A stretch of 63,638 bases of DNA, counting the filler, from Intoshia linei (Eukaryota; Animalia; Orthonectida): NCBI GenBank assembly GCA_001642005.1. It is 9 parts of 9 records of this genome, joined end to end, with 100 filler letters (N's around TTAATTAATTAA, not from the genome) between each part and the next. Parts side by side here need not be neighbours in the genome. Positions count along the whole stretch, not along the records: positions 46,549 to 52,874 come from LWCA01001784.1; positions 52,975 to 57,631 come from LWCA01001892.1; positions 57,732 to 62,490 come from LWCA01001873.1; positions 62,591 to 63,638 come from LWCA01002831.1; 5 more parts are not named here. One strand, given 5' to 3'. This document shows positions 51,652 through 63,638 of the stretch, piece by piece (positions within the stretch are counted from its first letter, which is position 1; the number at the start of each line of letters is the position of its first letter). The notes under the pieces were generated by a model. The model did no database searches, was not told the DNA's origin, and was given only the letters and a program-made list of their open reading frames with translations. The translations under genes were made by a program, and so were the position numbers.

Positions 51652-52692
51652 CAGTGGTTCTTAACCTTTTTTGGAGAATCGTTCATTTTTCAACAAAAAT
51701 AAAATTATCGCCACATAAAGACAATCGATATTTTTTTAATTTACAAAGTTTATACATGTGCAGTGCATGTTATGCAGCAATTTTTTTTAACAGTAGAGTT
51801 GATACGGAATACAATAAAAAAAGCAATTAATAAATATTTTTTAGATATCTTAAGAAATATGCAACTGAAATTTCAGATTATTTTTTTAATTTGATGGATA
51901 TATTTTAAAACATGAAAATAATATATACAAAAAATACGATAAAAACTGACTATGTAAAAAAAAGAAAAATATATTATAATAAATAAATGTAACAAATTTG
52001 AAATGAGAAATATTAAATGGAATGATGACATTATAAATGTTTAAGCTTTACAAAGAACAAATAAAATTTATGATTAATGGCTACCCTGATATTGATGACT
52101 ATTTGATAATTTTTCATTATTAGGAGGGATATTTGTTAAGCATAATCTTAAGTCACCCTGTTTTGATAAATGTAGTTTTTTCCTCTTTTTTGATTGAAGA
52201 TCAGTTATTATGCTTAAACCTTTCTCAACAAGGTAAGTAGATGGAAAGGCCAATAGTAATAATTTCATTTCGTTCCAAAGATTTGGATATGCTTTTTTTT
52301 TTGAAAAAATAAGGTAGAGTTATCCTTTTGTTTAAGAATGAATTGTGCCTCAATGTCATTTTTTAAGCCAATCAATCCTTATACTAAATTCGATGGAATT
52401 GAATTAACATCAACATTAAATGGATTTATTGCATACTCTGGTATTTCTAATTCAATAATGTCTTTGAATCTTATGACCATATCATTCTTTAACGATGCAA
52501 GATGCGAACAGTAGCAAATCATATCATCTTCAGAAATAAAATATTTGTATCTGAATGTTTTCAAATTGAATCTGATGTTATATTGGAATATATATTATAT
52601 CCCAAGTTGGGAAATAAAGATAAAAATATTTTCGCCCATTCGATTATAAAAACGCCCCAAGGGGGCGCTATCGCCTAGGTTAAGAATCACTG
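51652..52692 (-). mobile_element. Internally deleted hAT (Buster/Charlie) element with both ends
   Basis: TIRs CAGTGGTTCTTAACCT / AGGTTAAGAATCACTG and a perfect TSD ATCTATAT. Residual ORFs YCSHLASLKNDMVIRFKDI and LLLAFPSTYLVEKGLS...GDLRLCLT...QGSH. A fragment of the same element lies at ~49562-49728. Confidence 0.92.
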
Positions 52693-54200
52693 ATCTATAT
52701 TATCAATCACAAAATGAAATCACGAGATATGATAAATTGTAATACAACTTTTTGTATGAATGAATCTTTCGATAATACAATATGGAAATTAAAAGATTCC
52801 AAAATTCTCAAACGTTCAAATGTGAGAACGTATACATGTAGAAATAATAAGTGCAACTACAAAGTACGTTCAATNNNNNNNNNNNNNNNNNNNNNNNNNN
52901 NNNNNNNNNNNNNNNNNNTTAATTAATTAANNNNNNNNNNNNNNNNNNNNNNNNNNNNNNNNNNNNNNNNNNNNAATACTAATGTTTTATTGCTTTGATA
53001 TAAATTTATGCAATAAATATGCAGGTGGGTGATCATTTATTAAATTAAAAATGCACGTATATTTAATTAAATTATATATATACTGTTAAAAACGTTAATT
53101 ATATTCATTAAATTCGATTGTGATTTGTGACAATTGTGCTCCACAGCGTTTGATAGAGTTATAAAGAATTCACTGTACTTTTAAAATAAATCTTAGCTGT
53201 CAAAGAAGTGACAGAGTTATCAATAGTTATTCGAGTTTTATTAAGTTAATCTCAGTCACAACGAGATGACTTAGTTTTGAACATTCTCATCCAATGTACA
53301 TTATTGTATAATAAAATAACCAAATTTTATTAAGTTTTTGGAAAAATTGATAATAAACCGAATAGAATCAGTTAAAAAAGTATTAATTTAAATGTATCAA
53401 ATCAGCTGGAATTGTATGAAAAACATTAGTTGATTCTGCAATTTATTAAATATTAAATGTATTAAGTTTTAAAGTATTCAATGTCTGCGACACGATAATC
53501 ATTAAAGGGTACTTTTAGAAAATAATGAATCTCGCACCCAAATTTTTTTATGTACACATAGGCTCTACTGTTCTCATTTGTAATCTTTTTATCCATTTTA
53601 GAGACTTTTAAAAAATGTATTATGGATTATTTTATAATGGATTAAAATGTCATCTAAATTTAAATTATATGGTACCATATTTCTTTTTACGTTGTTAGTC
53701 TCACTTGTATATTTTCAGGATATTACAAAATTATTATAGAAAATTTAATATTAAGGCTCTGATGAACGTGAATAGAATAGAATGTTTTAGTATTTACAGT
53801 TTTATATATGTAACATAGTGCAAATAACCATGTTGCATGATATCATACGCGCATTTTAAGTCTATCTATGAGTATGAATCTTGGATATTATTTCCTGTAG
53901 GTCACTTAAATTGAAATACATTTTATTTGCTAAAGAATGGCTCATTGTATTAACTGAAATAAACTGTATAAAAATAATCTTTTTTTTATATGTAAAACCT
54001 ATTATTTGAATTTTTTGGGGAAACGCTAGCTTATCACCTTTTTAAATGTATACCAAATTGATGAACCACATTTTAAAAAAATTTACATTATAAATAAATA
54101 TTAATTTTGGTGTAATAACAATTATTTGTCAATCTGAAACGAATTCGAGCGTACCTAAACATCATGCAAAATGTGAATAGAAACATCTGCATATTCACAT

Positions 54201-56318
54201 TTATTCATCAAAACTTAGAACCATTCCTCGTGTTTTCTTTGTTTTGGGGGTTGGTTCTGTCGTGCTTTGTATATTTGGGTTTGGTTGGGATCCAAATTCA
54301 ATTTCGTTTTCAAATTGGTCTGTGTTTGTTGTATTTTCACATTGGGGTGGGGCTAAAATTCTTTTATTTGGTATTAGTTGAGATTCTGTTTCTGGTATAG
54401 TTGTTTGCGTTTCACCTCTCATTATTTTTAGTTTGTAATTACGTTTTCTATCTTTTGTTTTTTGGCTAAATTTAGATTAATGTATAACATTCAGAACACA
54501 TTGTAACAGATTAGGGAAGTGTTATTCAAACAATTTATTCCAACAAAATTTGACTGCCTAGCAAAAAATTGATAATCAGCCATATACCATTTTACACAAG
54601 GTCAGTTAAATGATACGTTTTGTTTTTTGTGCTGAACAACTTTTTTGTTAAATTTGGGGCTTTTTCTTGCAAAATCTTATACTATAGTGAAGAATCTTTA
54701 CTGAAGATATTCACTAAGCACTCAACAAATATATTGAAATTTTTACTACATTGTGTTTTGTTATATGCTTGCTAGTTATAATCTCATCCCATTTGGACCA
54801 ATCTCATTTTTTATAAGTGTGCTCAATAGAAAAATTAAATTATATCAGCTAGTGTTTCAATTTTACCGACTTTTTCAATACCGGTAATTTACCGAATACA
54901 ATTTTCACTACTGGTAAATTACCGGCAATTACTGTTATAAGAATAGCTTAAATCAACTTTAAATAGAATAAGATTTAATGTACAATTTAATTACATTTAT
55001 GATGAAGAATTCATTACAAACAGATAAAAACAATTTCACATACAATTTTTCATCATAAATACACAATAAAGATTTGACTAATAGATCAGAATCAAAAATA
55101 AACATTGATGCGACGTCAAAAAATTTTCTCAAATCGTCGAAATGATAAACATTTATTTTTTCACCTTGAAATTAAAAATCCAAAGAATTCAAGTTCAGTG
55201 AAAGTTAGAATACTATCTACGACGAAGCATTATCAACCAAAATATAATTTCAGGTGCAAAATGGGATTTAAAAAAAAATTGCATTAAAATGATTGGGAGA
55301 CAATCTTGAGTGTTGAACGACTTAATGTTTGATTATTAAAAATTTATATATATATAAATACATATAAAAATTTATTATATATATAAGTAAATTGATATAA
55401 TTATTTGCAACATTAACTCTACATCAATATCTCAAAAATGTTAGTACACAATAAACGTTTTATTATGATTAAAAAAAAATTTTTAAATTAACCGTAACCG
55501 AAAATAATTACCGGTAAATCTCGAAAAATAATTTATCGATATTGAAACACTAATATCAGTCATTCAAAATACTTACTCCTAATATTTTTTTGTCGAAAAA
55601 TCAAAGTCACAGATGTAAATATAATGCCATAAGACTGGGAAAATTTCATAATTATTCCCGGAAGGCTTTAAAGTTTAAACCCCTTACCGTTTTGAACGTT
55701 TCTTTGAGGTTATCAAGTCTTCTTCCTCTTTCCTTTCCCTGATTTGTTTTTCAAATTCTGCTTGTTTTTCTTCCTAAACAAAATTAATATAAAAAACATA
55801 ATAATATATATAATAAACTAACTTCTTCTAGCTGTCTCTTTAAATATGCTTCTCTAGCTGCCTGACGTCGTCTAATGCCACGATAAACATGAAATTCTCC
55901 AGATCCTGCACCAGCACTTGAACCTAAATACATTAACATGTAAATAAATATAATAAATTCGATATATAAAAATTAATTATATAATTACCCCATACACTCT
56001 GAATTATATCTGGTGTTTGAAAACATAAAGGTAAACTGTCTTCTTTATTTTTATTTGGATTTTCAAGTGTTTTATCCTAAACATGTATAAACACTTTTTT
56101 ATCTTTAATTATCTTAAAAACGTCAACTAATTGATAATTGATTAACTTACAAAATTATTCATTAATTTATCAATCCGTTTCTTTTGTTGTTTTACTAAAA
56201 ACGGTGTTCGACGTTTTTCAATAAAATCACCACTATTGATGGGATTCATTTCGTCGTTTTTTGGAGAACTAGGATTTTCAGCATCGAAATTGCTTGTTTT
56301 ATCAGTATTTTTTTCCAT
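54201..56318 (-). CDS. PRKRIP1: PRKR-interacting protein 1 homolog (5 exons; last exon 54465-54201)
   Basis: QQKKRIDKLMNNF/DK...PDIIQSVW/GSSAGAGSGEFHVYRGIRRR.../EEKQAEF...TSKKRSKR/QKTK... The GSSAGAGSGEFHVYR motif is diagnostic. Confidence 0.92.
54850..55552. mobile_element. hAT (Ac-type, TAG terminus) non-autonomous element in PRKRIP1 intron
   Basis: Perfect TIR TAGTGTTTCAAT / ATTGAAACACTA, subterminal TACCG motifs, TSD ATATCAGC/ATATCAGT. Confidence 0.82.
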
Positions 56319-59132
56319 TTTCTTAAATATTATCATGAAAACATAACAACAAAAACTTAAACAAAGTTTAGACCATATTAACAAATGTAATTTTAAAATA
56401 ACATCAATTAAATTATAATTGAATACAATTATGGAGTAATTGTATTATTATTGGGATAATTACACTAAATTTAAATTCTTTGATGTAGCGACACCTTGAC
56501 CCTTACCATGTAATTTTTTATAAAACTTAGATACAATTTAATTAATGAAAAACTCTTTATTTGATATACTTTAAACTTTGTATATTCATTATCATTAATA
56601 TAAAATTCTTTATAAATTTGTAGCGTTGTATTATTAATTAAAAAATTAAGATGATAAAATTTTAAAATAACTAAAACAAAATTTAAAATTTAAGTTATAT
56701 GCATCAAAATATAAATGTTTCAGGTAATCGTTAAGGTAAATTATGAAATGTATGTAATTAGAGTCGTTATAGAATTTCTCCGTGGACAAGGTTTCCGAAA
56801 ACTTTGAATTCGATTCATATCCACTTCACATCCTTGAAAGTCATAGATTAGTGATTGGAAAGTTTGTTTTAAAATAGGCTACGAAACAAATGATACAATT
56901 TTCTCTAACAATATTCAAAATGTATTTCAATGTGTATTACTAAAATTGATGGAATGTGAAAAATACGAAATTTTGTTATACATTTGTACATGTATGTATT
57001 GTGTATTGAGAAAATATTGCAACAATAGCCAATGTGAACTCTACACGAATCAGAGTTCATCGCGTAAATATGTATTCCAGTTTCAAATATATATTTATTA
57101 GTACATTAATCATACAAACTGGCCTTGCATTTAAGTAATCGTCTCCACATAATTTCCCTTCTATTGACGGAGGATGCTCGAGCTTTCAGGCAAAATTTTG
57201 TGTATTTTTTATATACATTTCCCTTGTATGAATTTGGCCTAAATCGTACTAGATTGATGAGATAATGAAAACTGACTTTACAAAGTAGATTCATTAAATT
57301 AATGTTTTCACTTTTGTTGTGTGTGCAAGATAATATGTCTAAATTTGAAACAACTAGAATTTATCTAAACTTTGAATACTTTTTTTAAATCCTTTATCCT
57401 TGTTCTTATACGAATATAACTATATTTTCACTTTTAAAGTGAACTTTTTCAGTAATACAGGCTATTCATTTTAAAACTAGACTTTTTCAATTATTTCAGC
57501 ATTACATATTAAACAAGTATGTTACAAATGAGCTTTATCAGTGAACATTGCTACATTCAAATTTTAAATATAAACTTATCAAGCCGAACCTTTTAATAAA
57601 CTGACCTCGGTATGTGATTAATGACTGATTANNNNNNNNNNNNNNNNNNNNNNNNNNNNNNNNNNNNNNNNNNNNTTAATTAATTAANNNNNNNNNNNNN
57701 NNNNNNNNNNNNNNNNNNNNNNNNNNNNNNNTTCGCGTAAATTCTCACCATTTCAATAATTATCAACCAAATAATCCTCTTCTCTAGATTTTATAATATA
57801 CTATACTTATACCTCCACCTTTAGAAAACCCGTCAAGTTGAAAGGAAAACACGGATACCTACCCACCTTAAAGACTATGATCTTAGCAGGGAGGTGTAAT
57901 AAAGTCAAGTCCATAATCAATTTCAGAATATATTATCACTTGTTAAACTTAATATTAAATTACTTAGTCTTGTTTAGTACAACTCATAGTCTTTATTACA
58001 GTAATAAATATAAAAATGATAATAACAAAGTTGTATTACTTTTAGTAATCGTTGTTTTAGTTTTAATTTAAATTTTAAACAAAATGTTTTGAAAATAAGA
58101 ATTTGAAATTTAAAAATTACGTAGCAATGAAAAAAATTCCGAAGGTATGAATTATATAGATTTTCACCCCTATTTCTTTATTGGAAATGTGTAGACGTTC
58201 AATGCAAAGTTTTTTTGAAATTGTAGGATAAATATTTACATTTTCAATTTTTATTTTAATCGAAATATTTGATAAATATTGGTTGATAATATATTAAAAA
58301 TTATTTTTCACCGGGTATGTGTAGATTTCTGGGGTTGAAATTTTGTATTTATAGCAACTGGAATAAGCTCTATCAGAATAATTTTTTTTTAAATTTTCGG
58401 ACATTTAATTATTTCACATTTTTTGTTTTAATAAAATATTTCCAAAAAAAAATATGAATACTAAAATGTTTTTTTGATTGTGAAGGCGTTACTTATTTAG
58501 ATTGAAAGTTTTTTGTGTACGTTAACAGGATACAACTGTACCACCTGTAAATTTTTTTAAATTGTAGGGCTGTTCATTAAAAAAAAGATAATTTGGGGTT
58601 TTGGCCGTGTAGATATATTTTTTTAAATTTAAATCTATAATAATGTTTATGATTTTAAAATCCGTATCAGACTATATACTTTTTTAAATTCTCGAACTCG
58701 TTTGATTTTCAAAAAAAGGATAATTGGGCTTTTTGACCCGTAAGATGTGAGTTTGTGAGATTGAAATTTATTTTACTAACAATCGGAAAAAGCTGTAATT
58801 GAAATGTGGACTTTATAAAATTCTAAGACTGGTAATTATGGAAATAAACAGTAACACACAAACAAATATTGAATAGCATATTATATAAGTAAGGATTGAT
58901 ATTATCCATCGCACGTATTTGTGCGATGTATTCTGAAATAGTTAAGTAATGAGATAATATACTGTTATGTAATATTTAGAAGCAGCAGCTATTTCTGCCG
59001 AGGGCAGCTTTTTAGTTTAAAACGGAATTTTTAATGTACATGTATTATTATTATTAGTATTATAGACATTATCTATTAGACAATCATAAACAATCTGACA
59101 ATTTATCAACATTTAATTATAACAATTTGTAG

Positions 59133-61031
59133 TCGGAATTTTTGCTAAGTTAATCAAAATATTTAAAAGACTTGGATATCGCGATAATGTCAATTTAGTG
59201 AATTTGGGTTACGACTTTAGGAAAGTCCCAGGTAATTTTAAATTTTTAATTATGTATGCCATTAATTATAATTTATAATTATCCCTACTATATTATTTCA
59301 GAAATTTCAGAAACAATATTTCAAGTCCTGTTTTTCCGGTGCAGAAATTAAGATAAATTTTAAATTCAAACATTGTTACAATTACGGTCAAAACCCCAAT
59401 GTACCCTTTTTTTAAAAATGAAATTAATGTTTTAGAATTTCAAAAGCCATAAATTTAGATACAGATTTTAAAATCATTAACATAATCATAAATTTCAACC
59501 TAATAAACGTAATTTATTGTATCCGAGGCTCCTTCTCAGGGGTTGCATGAAATATTTCTAAAATGATGACTATTTTTTCCGAATTAACAAGTAAATATTA
59601 AAAAATAATATTCTTGAATATCATGACTATGTTTGTGCGTTAAATTTAAAGTGTCAAGTCAAAGCCCGTAGAGAGGCGGCTAGTGTTGTATGACACTGCG
59701 CATCTTTAGTAAAAACATTTTGGCCTAATTTTCATTTTTAGCTCGATTCACACATTACCCAAATGGTTAACACGATATTTTCTGCATTGGTACCGGTTTA
59801 CGCTTGGCCTGGTCACGAAATATTGATTTATCCATGTCTAGTAGTAGTTACAGTGTTCTAGTTCTGACATCATATACTTTAATCGTTATTCAAAATTTCT
59901 TACAATTAAAGCATTATTTTAGATATGAATGATATGTATCGTATGATGAAATCCATCGTAAATGTTTATTATAATAATCATAACAAGAAAGTCGTTATAA
60001 TATGTTATTCATTTGGAGGAATTGTAGCAAATAGGTTATTAAATATACTCAAAGATGAGTGGAAGAACAAATATATTGATAAACTCATAACAATGTCAAC
60101 TCCTTGGCTCGAAACCATTGAAATCTTACATACAATCTTAAGAGGTATTTTAGTACATTAACATTATCTATTTGACTAGTTTTTCAATATAGAAAAAATT
60201 AATATTTTGATTCAATGGTTCTCAACCTTTTTTTAACCACACCCTCCATAATTCCATAAAATAATTTGTAAATAAATACACATTTGTCCTTTACTTACGA
60301 CAATGATAATTATTTTAAAACTTTTCGGAAAGTAAAGTAAAAAAAATTTAAGTTTTTGTATAAAAATAAATAAATAAAAATAAAGCACCCCTAAATTTTG
60401 AAAACGACCCCCTGGGGCGCTAACGCCCACGTTGATAATATGTTAGATTATAACATATTTCGATTTTAATTTTAATATAAAAATGTAGGTGAATCATTTG
60501 GATCACCACTGATAGATAGATTCAATGTTCGAAAAGTGCAGATATCACTAGAAACATCCATATATCTAATACCAGACAAACTAGGTTGGAGTTTGGACAG
60601 AGTTTTTGTAATGACTAACGCAAAAAATTATTCTCTCTCAAATATTGGTGAATTATTTAGACATTGGATTTGAAAAAGGAAGGTTACGTTATAATGCAAT
60701 GAAATCTGTGAAAAACGTTACAATGTCTCCTGGGGTAGAGAATTTTTGTTTATATGGTACACATGTTCCAACTAAATCAACTATCGATTATAGAACCAAA
60801 AATTTTCCAAATGGTAAGCCTGTTATTAGTAGGTCAGATGGTGATAGAGTAGTGGCACACACATCATTATCTCATTGTGAACAATGGAATAATAAAACAA
60901 CACACATTAAAACCTTTCCAAATGTGCGTCATCCCGATTTATTGGAAAATAATGATGTCATTAACCACATTATGGATATTCTCAATTTGCCACATTACAT
61001 AAAAGAAAAATTTACAAAGATTATTTACTAA
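59133..61031 (+). pseudogene. Group XV phospholipase A2 / LCAT-like gene, last 3 exons (59133-59231, 59923-60144, 60489-61031), with a frameshift
   Basis: LGYRDNVNL...YDFRKVP, KKVVIICYSFGG, WKNKYID...PW, PGVENFCLYGTHVPT, DGDRVV..SL..C..W, VRH. The frame breaks at ~60655-60660, giving a premature TGA at 60671. Confidence 0.8.
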
Positions 61032-62590
61032 AATGAATAAATTATAAAAACAAAAAATATCTTAATATTGTAAACATTTTATTTAAAATTCTAATAGAGT
61101 CAATTGTTTTCCAAATAATTTTCCCTCATATTCCAGTAATTGTTTAACAAATTGGGTTCTAGGGAAAATGTTGTCGTTTGTATATTTCTTTAAACGGTGG
61201 TATGCTTCCTAAATTTAGGTTAATACAATACAATTCAACTCTAAGAAATTTCAATTTAAACCAAAATTAAATGGCGTGCATTTATCGTGTCAGTATTTTT
61301 CTTATTGATTTGTCAGTATTGGTGATGGTTTGTCAAAAAGAAACATTAATTTTTTAGTATTGTAGATGGTTTTTCAGTATTTTAGCTGCCAATTGATAAG
61401 GTGTCAGTATAAAAAATTGATTGTCAGTATTTAAATTAGAAGAGCAGTAAAAAAATTATTTTGTTAGTACAGGCACCTAAAATACTGACAAACCATCTAC
61501 AATACTGAAAAATAATTAAAAATAATAATAAAGAAAACAATAAATAAATAATAAACACCCAAATTAAACGTTTTTTTAATAAATATTAATTCTGACCAGT
61601 TTTTTAAACCATAAGTATTATCATGATTTTTGGCAACTTCGTAAATTTGCATTTTCACCATCAAAACACCATATTACCCTTATTTTAAAAAACGAAAACA
61701 GTGCCATAATTTAAAAAAATCACTGCTAATACAGTTACATTTAGAATTTCCATTTAAAATGAACACAAAAAGTTTTTCAAATAACAAAAAATAAATTTTG
61801 AATAAAATTATTAATTTCTGAGAGTGTAACGCATATTACTTTCTACGCCAAAAATTTACTTGTAATTTTTGTTTTTAAATTTCTGAGAATTTAAGTTTTC
61901 TAAATAAAGTATTACTCAAACCGACAGATATACATTGTGTATAGCAGGGGTGCACAACGTGAGAGCGTTTATGTGCGGCCGTTGCCAATACATCTGATCA
62001 TAATGCAATATATGATTTTACTTCAAATTGAAAAATTAAAATGAGATTTTATTCAACGTCTATTTAAAGTATTTTAATAAAAAATTTACATTCTTGACTT
62101 TGGCCCAGTTTCTCAAATGTTAGCGAAGGGTACACAAAATCAAGGCAGTCACTGATATCTTTTTTTATGTCATTATTAATATTTACATTTTTTTTATGTC
62201 TTCCATTTTAATGTATCAACAAATCGGTTTTTAATGGAATTTTTTTCTGTTGTTTAATTATATATTATTAATTATTTACCCAAAAATTAATGATTGATAT
62301 TTTTTCAAAAAAATATTAGTAAAAGGAGATTTTTCAAATTTTTTTAAAATCAGGTTTTTTCTTATGGAATCAGTCAAAAGAATTATTGATCTAAAAATTT
62401 GGTAAAATGGGATTTCATAAAAATATTGGTAAAAGAGATTTTTTTCCTTAAGGGTTGGTAAAATTTGGTTTTTTCTTTTGGAATCATATANNNNNNNNNN
62501 NNNNNNNNNNNNNNNNNNNNNNNNNNNNNNNNNNTTAATTAATTAANNNNNNNNNNNNNNNNNNNNNNNNNNNNNNNNNNNNNNNNNNNN

Positions 62591-63638
62591 AATGATTTGT
62601 GTTATAATATAATATGTATGATAGTTAAATTTTATATTAAATTTGTGTCAAATATTTTTTAAATATTATTTGATATTTTTTACGTTCTATGGAACAATAA
62701 TATTATTTATAATTTGATGAAATTTATATCGTAAATGATTTGTGTTATAATATAATATGTATGATAGTTAAATTTTATATTAAATTTATGTTACATTATT
62801 TAAATAATGTTAAATGTTTTTTACGTACTATTAAAATGTAACTTAATTTGTAATTTAATGTTGTTTATATCGTAAATAATTTATGTGTTATATTATGCTA
62901 TGTATTATATTTAAGTTTTATATCAAATTTGTATTACATTATTTATATAATTTTTTATATTTTTTACGTTCTATTAAATTGTAATATTATTTATAATTTG
63001 ATAAATTTAAATCGTATATGAAATATGTGTTATATTATGATATGTATTATAGTTAAAATTTATATNNNNNNNNNTTTGTATCACATTATTTATATAATTT
63101 TATATATTTTTTACGTTCTATTAAATTGTAATATTATTTTTAATTTGATAAATCTAAATCGTAAATGAAATATGTGTTATATTATGATATGTATTATAGT
63201 GAAATTTTATATCAAACTTGTATCATTATATTTAAATATTTTTGTATATTTATTATTTTGTATAACAATGTAATAATATTTATAATTTAATGAAATTTAA
63301 ATTGTAAATAATTTATGTGTTATATTATAATATGTATAATAATTAAATTTTTTATCAAATTGATGTCACTATACTTGAATAATTTTTTATGTTTTTTACC
63401 TACTATAAAAATCTAACTTAATTTTAATTTAATGTGGTTTATATCGTAAATAATTTGTTATATTATGATATGTATTATATTTAAAATTTATATTAAATTT
63501 GTATCACATTATTTATATAATTTTTTATATTTTTTACGTTCTATTAAATGGTAATTTTATTTATAATTTGATGAAATTTAAATCGTAAATGATATATGTG
63601 TTATATTATTATATGTATTATAGTGAAATTTTATATCA
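62591..63638. repeat. AT-rich satellite, ~143-bp unit, about 7 diverged copies
   Basis: AATGATTTGTGTTATAATATAATATGTATGATAG recurs at 62591 and 62734. TTTTTTACGTTCTA and ATCGTAAAT landmarks recur with the same period. Confidence 0.9.

Noticed and set aside
52714-52874. YTCRNNKCNYKVR as a MULE/FLYWCH-like zinc finger
   Set aside because: Too short and cut by a gap before the His ligands, so it cannot be assigned.
54201-54422. Stand-alone 73-aa ORF with faint cold-shock-domain look at its end
   Set aside because: It splices in frame as the last exon of PRKRIP1 (acceptor at 54466).

Overview
Very AT-rich eukaryotic (metazoan) genomic DNA built from nine contigs joined by artificial 100-nt spacers (N44-TTAATTAATTAA-N44). 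Many introns are only about 37-45 nt and proteins are fast-evolving. This fits a compact parasitic spiralian such as the orthonectid Intoshia, but that assignment is inference only. Spliced gene models read by hand: TMEM164 (3' part), a lachesin/IgLON-like 3-Ig protein, a B-type muscarinic acetylcholine receptor, myosin-IE/F (motor N-terminal half), SKP1, a cyclic-nucleotide-binding-domain protein, casein kinase 1 alpha (3' part), an orphan Cys-rich ORF, PRA1/RABAC1, a C2H2 zinc-finger protein, mitochondrial AsnRS NARS2 (3' part), REEP5/Yop1, ACAD9/ACADVL (internal part), PRKRIP1 and a frameshifted PLA2G15/LCAT. Introns and intergenic DNA hold many DNA-transposon relics (hAT MITEs with TSDs, Tc1, pogo, hATm-like, Chapaev3-like, Helitron-like, a foldback-like tandem-array family), a Gypsy integrase scrap and a ~143-bp satellite. 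No prokaryotic-type system, CRISPR array or RNA gene was seen. Best leads: two convergent genes with stop codons 6 nt apart, a possible divergent cystine-knot growth factor heading a three-gene operon-like block, the foldback-like repeat family, and a B-type mAChR with an altered binding pocket.
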